From Clostridia bacterium (GTDB taxonomy: Bacteria; Bacillota; Clostridia; DUPQ01): DNA of 49,638 bases. The stretch lies in contig JAFGUQ010000002.1 in the NCBI GenBank assembly GCA_016938455.1, positions 1 to 49,638 on the forward strand. The letters are read 5' to 3'. Below are positions 1 to 8,278 of the stretch, in pieces. The number at the start of each line of letters is the position of its first letter. Positions within the stretch are counted from its first letter, which is position 1. The translations under genes and the position numbers were made by a program. Under the pieces are notes generated by a model. The model did not search any database and had not been told where the DNA came from. It saw nothing but the letters and a program-made list of their open reading frames with translations.

Positions 1-510
1 ATCCAATACTTCAATTTCTTTTTTATTATTTTTATAAAAATCAAACAATTCATAATATCCGTGTTTCTCAAGAAGTAAATTAAGGTTACAACTTTGTATT
101 GGTGCATCTGCAATAATTATTCTTCCAGTTCCTTTTAAGGCAATTAGAACATAATCTACCAAAACCCTAACTATTGATGGATGAGTAATTAAACAATCTA
201 AGTTGTTTTTATATTTGTTATTTTTATTATAATGCATTACCCAATTTGGTTTTATTAATACAGTATCACCTTCTTTTACTAAATCTTTAAGAGGATTCCA
301 ATTTTTTGAATTATAATTTTCTAAATCATATCCTAATTTGTTAAATCCCTCTCTAATTAATGAATAAACATGATTATTAACAGATAAACTTTTTGTATTA
401 AATAAATACTCAGGATACGCTTCAGATGGGCTAAAAACGTTATCATTAATGGGATAAACTGATTGACTTGAAACACCTAAAAATATTTTATTTTCATTGC
501 TACCTGTCAT
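1..510 (-). CDS. DUF362-like protein, N-terminal 170 aa only (gene runs off the left edge)
   Basis: Not in the ORF track because it is truncated. I translated the reverse complement by hand: ATG at 508-510 gives MTGSNENKIFLGVSSQSVYPINDNVFSPSEAYPEY...GDTVLIKPNWVMHYN...GRIIIADAPIQ..., and the frame stays open to base 1. The LIKPN core and the ..IADAP.. segment resemble DUF362. The start lies 1 nt after the stop of the ATP-grasp gene. Confidence 0.5.
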   Translation of the reverse strand, partial: MTGSNENKIFLGVSSQSVYPINDNVFSPSEAYPEYLFNTKSLSVNNHVYSLIREGFNKLGYDLENYNSKNWNPLKDLVKEGDTVLIKPNWVMHYNKNNKYKNNLDCLITHPSIVRVLVDYVLIALKGTGRIIIADAPIQSCNLNLLLEKHGYYELFDFYKNNKKEIEVLD

Positions 511-511
511 C

Positions 512-1567
512 TTAAGCCTCTCCTTTTTTAATGTTCTTCTCTATAAGGTTTTTTAGAATTTCATCAGGAGCATTAAAAGATTCCTCTCTCCAAATTCCTT
601 CTTTATCCCAGTGTCCTCCTAATTCCATTTGTGCGGTAAATGAAAAGCCATAGCTAATCTCAACAATTTTTGGACAATTATCTCGTTTATCGATTACAAA
701 GTCGTAACCCATACTTTGAAATCCCAATTTTTCTGATAATTCAAAGGAAATTTTTCTAATTTCCTCAGTTAAATATTCTTTATTATAATTTATTGACCCT
801 CCTCCGGATGCTCTAAAATCCCCTTTTCTAACTTCTCTAGCTAAAAAACTCAGTTTCTCTCCAACAACTACTACTTTTAAGTCATATCCATTGTTAGGTA
901 TAAACTCCTGTATGTAAACATAGCCTTTTTCTTTTGAAAACTTGTTGGCATTTCTAAATGTTTCAATAAAATCTGGAATCCTATAAAATCTTCTAATTAG
1001 AGTACTCCAGTTTTTTGATGATTGAATATTTGATTTAACTTTGAACAACAAACTTGGAGAAGATTTTAGTCCATTTCTGAACATTTTTTTTGCATACAAT
1101 TTTGCTTGATTTTCGTTATTTAGTAGTTTCACATTATTTGAGCCTGATCCACATTTCAATTTTACGACAACAGGAAAATTACATCTGTTTTTAAAAAACT
1201 CAATAGCTGAACTATAAGTAAAAAATGTCCATGTTTTTGGGATAGGTGCTTCAATTGACTTTAACAATAACGTTTCAGCAACTTTATCATCAAAATGCCA
1301 TGATGTATTAAAATCTGGAAAAACTCTTAGTCCAATTTCACTTGCACTATATAAAATACTGCGTGCATATTGCATTTCCTGTAATGAATAGTTGTTAAAA
1401 TGCCATAATAAAACATCAAAATTTTTAAGTATTTTTAAAATGTCATTATCAAAACAATTTACAACACTGTATTCTATTTTGTTCTTAATGCAATAAGATA
1501 TCCATTCATTGTCCCATGATGTCGAATGATTGAACACATCATGATTTTGGTGAATTGCAATTTTCAT
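512..1567 (-). CDS. ATP-grasp domain protein (polysaccharide-modifying carboxylate-amine ligase type)
   Basis: 351 aa ORF. It has ..FPVVVKLKCGSGSNNVKLL.. and ..YVYIQEFIPNNGYDLKVVVVGEK.. segments typical of the ATP-grasp fold. It is tightly packed between polysaccharide genes. Confidence 0.6.
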   Translation of the reverse strand: MKIAIHQNHDVFNHSTSWDNEWISYCIKNKIEYSVVNCFDNDILKILKNFDVLLWHFNNYSLQEMQYARSILYSASEIGLRVFPDFNTSWHFDDKVAETLLLKSIEAPIPKTWTFFTYSSAIEFFKNRCNFPVVVKLKCGSGSNNVKLLNNENQAKLYAKKMFRNGLKSSPSLLFKVKSNIQSSKNWSTLIRRFYRIPDFIETFRNANKFSKEKGYVYIQEFIPNNGYDLKVVVVGEKLSFLAREVRKGDFRASGGGSINYNKEYLTEEIRKISFELSEKLGFQSMGYDFVIDKRDNCPKIVEISYGFSFTAQMELGGHWDKEGIWREESFNAPDEILKNLIEKNIKKGEA

Positions 1568-1568
1568 T

Positions 1569-2543
1569 TTATAAATTCTCCCTATACCAATCTATAACTT
1601 CTGCAATACCTTTTTTAAAACTCCAACTAGGATTATAATCCAGCTTTAATTGAGCTTTACTAATATCAGCATTACTATGCTTTATGTCTCCTTTTCTAAT
1701 TGGGCCATAAATAGGTTCAATCTTTTTGTTTAAGACTTTACATAGCGAGTAATAAACATCAATCAAATATTCTCTATCTCCATATGCAATATTATATGAT
1801 TCTCCTGCAGCTTCATGGTTTGCTCTGCATGCTTTCAAATTTGCTTCAATAACATTTTCTATATAAGTAAAATCTCGGCTTTGTTTTCCATCTCCATTAA
1901 TTGTTGGTCTATCATCATTAACAAGTTGCTTAATAAATTTGGGAATCACAGCAGCATAAGTTCCATTTGGGTCTTGTCTTTTTCCAAATACATTAAAGTA
2001 TCTTAAGCCATATGTGTCTAATCCATAAAGCTTTGAATAAAGTCTTCCATATTCTTCATCAACCATCTTGGTTAAAGCATAAGGTGATAGAAGATTACCT
2101 TCTTTACCTTCTTTTTTAGGAAGATTTGGTTCATCTCCATATACAGAGGAACTTGATGCATAAACAAATTTCTTAATACTTTTTTGTCTTGCTGATTCCA
2201 TCATATTGAGTGTCCCTCGTATATTTATCTCTTCATATAATAAAGGCATTTCAATACTTCTTGGTACACTTCCCCAAGCTGCCTGATGTAAAATATAATC
2301 CACACCTTCACAAGCTTTCATGCATACATCTAGATTTCTGATGTCTCCTTTTATAAAAGTGAAGTTTGGATTGTCTATAAACAGATCTATATTAGCTTGT
2401 TTACCAGTAGATAAGTCGTCCAGACATCTCACTGCATAACCTTTATCTAATAAAACCTCGCATAGATTAGAACCGATAAATCCAGCTCCTCCAGTTACAA
2501 GAAATACACTATCTTTATCAAAAACTATATTTTCATATCCCAT
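1569..2543 (-). CDS. NAD-dependent nucleotide-sugar 4-epimerase (TviC/WbpP/CapI-like)
   Basis: 324 aa with an N-terminal Rossmann motif VTGGAGFIGSNL and the SDR catalytic YxxxK (SPYALTK). It sits directly downstream of a TviB-like dehydrogenase. Confidence 0.75.
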   Translation of the reverse strand: MGYENIVFDKDSVFLVTGGAGFIGSNLCEVLLDKGYAVRCLDDLSTGKQANIDLFIDNPNFTFIKGDIRNLDVCMKACEGVDYILHQAAWGSVPRSIEMPLLYEEINIRGTLNMMESARQKSIKKFVYASSSSVYGDEPNLPKKEGKEGNLLSPYALTKMVDEEYGRLYSKLYGLDTYGLRYFNVFGKRQDPNGTYAAVIPKFIKQLVNDDRPTINGDGKQSRDFTYIENVIEANLKACRANHEAAGESYNIAYGDREYLIDVYYSLCKVLNKKIEPIYGPIRKGDIKHSNADISKAQLKLDYNPSWSFKKGIAEVIDWYRENL

Positions 2544-2561
2544 GTTATTCTCTACTCTCCT

Positions 2562-3881
2562 TTACAATCTCCAATACCTGTACCCTGCTACATCAAATAT
2601 TCCCTTATTTAATAAGCCTTTAAGGTCTATCATCACTTTGTTTTTATTAGAACCCTTTTTATACATTTTTTCAAAGTCTTCAAGAGATAAATTTAAAAAT
2701 TGATTATGCCCAACAGCAATAATAATAGCATCCATTTCTGTAATATTATCAATTAAATCAAAGACAACTCCATACTCATGTTTAGCTTCTTCAGCATCTG
2801 CTTCAGGATCTGCAATTATTGGTTCTATTCCATATTCTTTAAGTTCATTTACAATATCAATTACCTTTGTATTTCTTGTGTCAGGGCAGTTTTCTTTGAA
2901 TGTAAATCCCAAGATTGCTACTCGTGCATCTTGAACAGGAACCTCTGCTTTTATGAGATTTTTTAATAGATTCTCAACTACATACTTACTCATATCATCG
3001 TTGATTCTTCTGCCAGAAAGGATAATCTGTGAATGGTATCCTATCTGTTCAGCCTTATATGTTAAGTAGTAGGGATCTACACCAATACAGTGTCCCCCAA
3101 CTAGTCCAGGAAAGAATTTTAAAAAATTCCACTTGGTTCCTGCTGCTTCAAGAACTGCTTTTGTATCAATTCCCATCTTATTAAATATGATAGAAAGCTC
3201 ATTCATAAATGCAATATTTATGTCTCTTTGTGAATTTTCAATTACTTTTGCTGCTTCAGCTACTTTGATGGATTCTGCCCTAAATACTCCTGCATCAACC
3301 ACTAGTTCATACACTTTTGCAATAATGTCTAAAGACTCTTCATCCATACCAGATACTACTTTTACAATAGTCTCTAATCTATGTACCTTATCACCAGGAT
3401 TGATTCTCTCAGGTGAATAACCTACCTTGAACTCTTTTCCGCACTTCATACCTGATTCCTCTTCTAAAATCGGAATACAGATTTCTTCAGTTACTCCTGG
3501 ATAAACAGTAGACTCAAATACAACAATTGAACCTTTAGTTAAATTTCTACCTACAATTGTACTTGCAGATTTAATTGGTCCTAAATCAGGTGTGTGATCT
3601 TTATTTACGGGAGTAGGTACAGCGACAATATGGAACTTAGATTCTTTAAGCTTATTTTCATCCGCTGTAAATTCTACAGATGTTTCTTTAATTGCATTAT
3701 TTCCAACTTCCTTTGTTGGATCGATCCCTTTATTATATAATTCAACTTTTTCTTTGCTGATATCAAATCCAATAACATTAACTTTTTTTGCAAAAGAAAC
3801 TGCTATTGGCATACCTACATAACCTAGACCAATAAGTGAAATCTTCTCTTTTTTATTCTTAATTCTCTCATATAAACCCAT
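2562..3881 (-). CDS. UDP-N-acetylhexosamine 6-dehydrogenase (nucleotide-sugar dehydrogenase, TviB/WbpO/Cap5O-like)
   Basis: 439 aa with the N-terminal GLGYVGMP dinucleotide fold and a GGHCIGVDPYYL catalytic-Cys segment, both typical of the UDP-glucose/GDP-mannose dehydrogenase family. Confidence 0.8.
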   Translation of the reverse strand: MGLYERIKNKKEKISLIGLGYVGMPIAVSFAKKVNVIGFDISKEKVELYNKGIDPTKEVGNNAIKETSVEFTADENKLKESKFHIVAVPTPVNKDHTPDLGPIKSASTIVGRNLTKGSIVVFESTVYPGVTEEICIPILEEESGMKCGKEFKVGYSPERINPGDKVHRLETIVKVVSGMDEESLDIIAKVYELVVDAGVFRAESIKVAEAAKVIENSQRDINIAFMNELSIIFNKMGIDTKAVLEAAGTKWNFLKFFPGLVGGHCIGVDPYYLTYKAEQIGYHSQIILSGRRINDDMSKYVVENLLKNLIKAEVPVQDARVAILGFTFKENCPDTRNTKVIDIVNELKEYGIEPIIADPEADAEEAKHEYGVVFDLIDNITEMDAIIIAVGHNQFLNLSLEDFEKMYKKGSNKNKVMIDLKGLLNKGIFDVAGYRYWRL

Positions 3882-3895
3882 ATCAGACTAATCCT

Positions 3896-5005
3896 TTATA
3901 TTAAACCCATTGTTTCCATAATTGATTGATTCACTAAATTGACATCATATTTTTCTCTAGCTAATTTTAAACTTCGATCAGCCATAACTTTATTCAATGA
4001 TGAATCCTCTATAAGTGTTTTCATCTTTTTTACTAAGCCATCTATATCCTTGACATGAACAAGAAATCCATTATATCCATCAGTTACAGTTTCTCTGCAT
4101 CCAGGTGCATCACTGGTTATAATTGAACGACCTATTGCCATAGCTTCAAGAACTGTCTTAGGAGTTCCTTCATGATAAGAAGGTAAAACAAAAGTAGTGC
4201 ATTGTTCTAAATATGGTCTTACATCGCTTTGTTCTCCAAAATACTCAATTACACCTAAATCAATAAAGGGTTGCAACTCATTAGGTTGTAATGCTGATAG
4301 GTTACTATCATACGGCCCTACAAGCATGCACCTTATTTCCGGATAAGCAACTTTTATTTGCTTACATGCCTCTAAATATTCCATAATACCTTTGTCTTTA
4401 ATTAATCTACCGATAAATAGAAAAACTGGTTTTTCAGGTAATGGTTTAGGTTGAAATCTCTCAAGATTTACTCCTGATCCATTGATAATGACAATCTTTT
4501 CTTCTTGTATAAGTCCATTATTAATAAATTCATTCTTATCATCCTTGTTTTGGAAAAACACTTTTTTACTCGCTTTACATGCTGCATGATACTCTATTTT
4601 CATTATTATCTTTACTATTTTATTTTTTATACCTTCTCCTCTGAAAACTGAACCGAGTCCTGCTATCAATGAATATACTTCTTTAATACCATTAGCTTTT
4701 GCTGCTAAACTTCCATAAACCACTGTCTTTGCTTGATATGTAAAAACTTTATCAGGCTTTTCTTTTTTCATAAACTTGCTGAGCTCTCGATATGTCTTCA
4801 AATCACTGAAAGGATTTAAACCATTACGCTCAACAAAAAGTTGTCTATAATTAATTCCATTATCTTCAAAAGTACTTTTCCAAGATGACTCAGGTTCTGG
4901 ACCTAAAGCAATTACAGTATGCCCCTGTTTTATAAAATCCGTCATCATGTCCATACGAAACCAAAAAAGTGATGATGTATGGCTTGAAAGCACAGCAATT
5001 TTCAT
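3896..5005 (-). CDS. Glycosyltransferase family 4 (GT-B)
   Basis: ORF 3896-5023. The likely start is the ATG at 5003-5005 (MKIAVLSS..), preceded by AGGAAAAG. The C-terminal ..LPSYHEGTPKTVLEAMAIGRSIITSD.. segment is the GT4 EX7E region. Confidence 0.75.
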   Translation of the reverse strand: MKIAVLSSHTSSLFWFRMDMMTDFIKQGHTVIALGPEPESSWKSTFEDNGINYRQLFVERNGLNPFSDLKTYRELSKFMKKEKPDKVFTYQAKTVVYGSLAAKANGIKEVYSLIAGLGSVFRGEGIKNKIVKIIMKIEYHAACKASKKVFFQNKDDKNEFINNGLIQEEKIVIINGSGVNLERFQPKPLPEKPVFLFIGRLIKDKGIMEYLEACKQIKVAYPEIRCMLVGPYDSNLSALQPNELQPFIDLGVIEYFGEQSDVRPYLEQCTTFVLPSYHEGTPKTVLEAMAIGRSIITSDAPGCRETVTDGYNGFLVHVKDIDGLVKKMKTLIEDSSLNKVMADRSLKLAREKYDVNLVNQSIMETMGLI

Positions 5006-5337
5006 ATCTTTTCCTACTTTCATCGCATCATATAATTGCTAATTTAAATATTGTTTTATAAAATTTATATATTTATTACTTTTGAATAAGAATCCAAGGC
5101 TTTACATATACATGCAAATGTTTTTTCATATTTAAGTGATGTGAATCACCTTATAAATTTCAATTAGCTCAATGAATTATTCGAGTTGTAGTCACATAAA
5201 TAGCTATAATCAATTGGTGCTTTCTTTTATTGGATTGTCTAATGTTATTTTAATTTCTATTTCTTTCTTCTTAACCTCTTTGTGCCATGTAACTAATAAC
5301 AAACTTCTCAAACTTGTTTGCGCTTAATCATTTTTTC

Positions 5338-5931
5338 TTAAGTTCCTGTTCCACCTTCAACTACCCCATCTTTTTTAAGTACTTTAAAGACAGTCTTGAA
5401 AAAACATTTAACATCCATTTTAAAACTTAGTTCATCAGTATATTCTCCATCAAGTTTAGCTTTCAAATCAATTGGCAATTCATCTCTTCCATTGATCTGT
5501 GCCCAGCCGGTTAAACCAGGATATATATCATTCGCTCCATATTTGTCTCTTTCCTCAATTAAATCAAATTGATTCCAGAGGGCAGGTCTTGGTCCGACAA
5601 TACTCATTTCCCCTTTTAAAATATTGAAAAGCTGTGGTAATTCATCTAAACTTGTTTTTCTTAGGAACTTTCCTGCTTTTGTAATATATGCCAGAGGATT
5701 ATCAAGTAAATGAGTTGGTATTTCTTTTGGAGTATCTATCTTCATTGTTCTGAATTTTAAAATATTAAAATGCTTCTTTCTTATCCCAACTCTTTTTTGT
5801 TTAAATAATACAGGTCCTCTTGAGTCCAGTTTTATCACTAAAACCAAAAGCAAAAACAACGGACTTAATAGAATAATTCCAAGTAAAGAAAGAACAAAAT
5901 CCAATATTCTTTTAATATGTTTATAAATCAT
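5338..5931 (-). CDS. Undecaprenyl-phosphate sugar phosphotransferase (small PglC/WbaP-C-terminal type initiating transferase)
   Basis: 197 aa with one N-terminal hydrophobic helix, then ..GPVLFKQKRVG.....F.ILKFRTM.. and ..DELPQLFNILKGEMSIVGPRP.., the bacterial sugar transferase signature. Confidence 0.85.
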   Translation of the reverse strand: MIYKHIKRILDFVLSLLGIILLSPLFLLLVLVIKLDSRGPVLFKQKRVGIRKKHFNILKFRTMKIDTPKEIPTHLLDNPLAYITKAGKFLRKTSLDELPQLFNILKGEMSIVGPRPALWNQFDLIEERDKYGANDIYPGLTGWAQINGRDELPIDLKAKLDGEYTDELSFKMDVKCFFKTVFKVLKKDGVVEGGTGT

Positions 5932-5945
5932 TTGTCCCCTGTTTT

Positions 5946-7841
5946 CTATATATTCATATTTCCGTTGATTTCCTGAATATCAAGTGGTATAAACTCAGGT
6001 ACCACTTGCTGTAATAATTCTATAACCTTGTTTAGTTCATAATTTTCATCTATGGACTTTTGAATATCCTCAAGATACTTATTAACTTCATCAAGTGTAG
6101 TTATTTTTGCTTTTGCCACAAATATCTTTTCGTGTTTCGTCTTAGCAGCTTCTGCATCTAACATGATTTCTTCATATAGTTTTTCCCCAGGTCTTAGTCC
6201 AATGTATTCAATCTTTATGTCGACTTCAGGTATATACCCATACATTTTAATCAGGTTACTTGCCAGTTCCTTGATTTTGACAGCTTTTCCCATATCAAGA
6301 ATAAACACTTCTCCACCCTTTGCAATAGCTCCAGCCTGAAGAACAAGCTGACATGCTTCCTGAATAGTCATGAAGAACCGCCTGACATCAGGATGTGTCA
6401 CTCTTACCGGACCTCCTGATTCGATCTGCTGTCTGAAAATGGGAATCACACTTCCTGAACTGCCTAATACATTACCGAATCTTACTGCTGAAAATTCTGT
6501 TTCTGATGTCTGATCAAATGCACTGATGATAATCTCTGCAATTCTTTTAGTCGCTCCCATGATATTGGTTGGATTTACCGCTTTATCTGTAGAAATAAGG
6601 ACGAACTTTTTAATATTGAATTTATCTGCACAATATGCGACATTATAGGTCCCTATGATATTGTTCTTCAATGCTTCATTTGGAGATTTCTCCATCAGCG
6701 GGACATGTTTATGAGCTGCAGCATGAAAGATGATGTCCGGTCTATACTTATCACATACCTGGCAGATTCTTATTCTGTCCCTGACAGAACCGATAATGAC
6801 TTCTACTTTTATTCCGGGATGGCTTTTTTCAACAACCAGTTTTGTCAAATAGGCATCATTTTCATTGATATCGAGAATAATGATATGAGCAGGTTCAAAC
6901 TCTGCCATCTGTTTGATCAGTTCACTGCCGATTGAACCGCCGCCACCTGTCACAAGCACTGTCTTGCCATGAACAAAAGCATTAACTTCATCCTGATTCA
7001 GATTAACCTGCGGTCTTCCGAGTAAGTCTTTGGGGTCGATATCTACAATCAGATTCCTGCTTCCCACTTCATTGATCGCCGTATATTTTTTAAGTTTACA
7101 TTTTGTTCTGGCACAGACATCAAGGACAAATGCGATATCCTCTTCAGAAAAATTCTCACTTGCGATGATGACTTCATTGGCTTTGAATCTCTGGATAACA
7201 TGTTCTATTTCTTCAAGAGTTCCTTCTATTTTCACATTATGAATAATTGACCCTTTTTTATTATACCTGTCTACTAAGGCGACAATCACTCCGTTATTTT
7301 CTTTCTGGCTGTAGTTCTTTATTGTAGCACTGGCTTCATATCCGCTTCCAATGACAATGATTCTGTCCACATTATCATTTTTATATGACTTCAGTATGAA
7401 ATCAGACTTGAATGCTCTCATGACTCGATATGAAAATCTGATTCCTCCGGATATACCTGTCTGCACTAAAAAAGCAATGGCAAAGACACTGTTCGGAAGT
7501 CTGTTTTCCCAGATCAGATTGATTAAAAACACAGCAACTACTGCTAATAAGCTGGATATGATCAGTTTGACAAGTTCTTCAATTGAAGCGTATTTCCATA
7601 AGCTTTTATACAACCCTGTTACAGTATAAATCACAATGATAATAACTGAAAAAAGAACAGCAGTGAAGACAATCTTTTCACTGTATCCGTTTAAGTCAAA
7701 GGAATTGAATCGAAGGATAATTCCTATGTAGAGTGAAAGAAAAGTAGCCGTGACATCAGCTACAATCAATAAAAATATTCTGTTAAAAAGTTTTTTTTCC
7801 AATAATTTCACCTGACTGTTCATCTTTTTCATGTGTTTCAT
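5946..7841 (-). CDS. Membrane-anchored UDP-GlcNAc 4,6-dehydratase (CapD/PglF/WbpM family)
   Basis: 631 aa with about 4 N-terminal TM helices, then two Rossmann-like parts (..IIVIGSGYEA.. and ..VLVTGGGGSIGSEL..), as in the CapD family. Confidence 0.85.
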   Translation of the reverse strand: MKHMKKMNSQVKLLEKKLFNRIFLLIVADVTATFLSLYIGIILRFNSFDLNGYSEKIVFTAVLFSVIIIVIYTVTGLYKSLWKYASIEELVKLIISSLLAVVAVFLINLIWENRLPNSVFAIAFLVQTGISGGIRFSYRVMRAFKSDFILKSYKNDNVDRIIVIGSGYEASATIKNYSQKENNGVIVALVDRYNKKGSIIHNVKIEGTLEEIEHVIQRFKANEVIIASENFSEEDIAFVLDVCARTKCKLKKYTAINEVGSRNLIVDIDPKDLLGRPQVNLNQDEVNAFVHGKTVLVTGGGGSIGSELIKQMAEFEPAHIIILDINENDAYLTKLVVEKSHPGIKVEVIIGSVRDRIRICQVCDKYRPDIIFHAAAHKHVPLMEKSPNEALKNNIIGTYNVAYCADKFNIKKFVLISTDKAVNPTNIMGATKRIAEIIISAFDQTSETEFSAVRFGNVLGSSGSVIPIFRQQIESGGPVRVTHPDVRRFFMTIQEACQLVLQAGAIAKGGEVFILDMGKAVKIKELASNLIKMYGYIPEVDIKIEYIGLRPGEKLYEEIMLDAEAAKTKHEKIFVAKAKITTLDEVNKYLEDIQKSIDENYELNKVIELLQQVVPEFIPLDIQEINGNMNI

Positions 7842-8278
7842 AAAGTTATAGCTTCGCCCCTTGCCATTATTAGTTTATAATGTCATTTTCGTTTTCTGCT
7901 ATAACGTCTGTCAAATCTAAATGGGCCGAAACACCAGTTAAATTCATCAAGAGTTTGTTCGGAAAAATTGGCTCATTTTAAATGCTTTCTTTTTTACTCT
8001 CATATACCGTTCTTGTCCTTTTGAGCCCCACATTATTATACAAGATTTACATTTATAAAACAACAATATGTTTATCCCGTATCCTAACCCTGTTACAGCA
8101 AAAACATGAATGACCTCTACTATTTGAGTCTCAATATTGGAAAAAGTTTCAATTAATTTCTTTATTTCCTTTTTTCGATTATTATCATTATGTTGATACT
8201 GCAACTTGAAAATTATATCATATTAAGTTAATATATTATACCAATTTTGTAATTTGCTTCAAATTTTGTGATATCTTC

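Noticed and set aside
7947-8204. 85-aa minus-strand ORF in the 437-bp gap between the protease gene and the CapD-like gene
   Set aside because: It has no convincing RBS and no recognisable domain, and its composition resembles the surrounding AT-rich non-coding DNA. It could be a small membrane protein or a gene remnant, but the sequence alone cannot support either.
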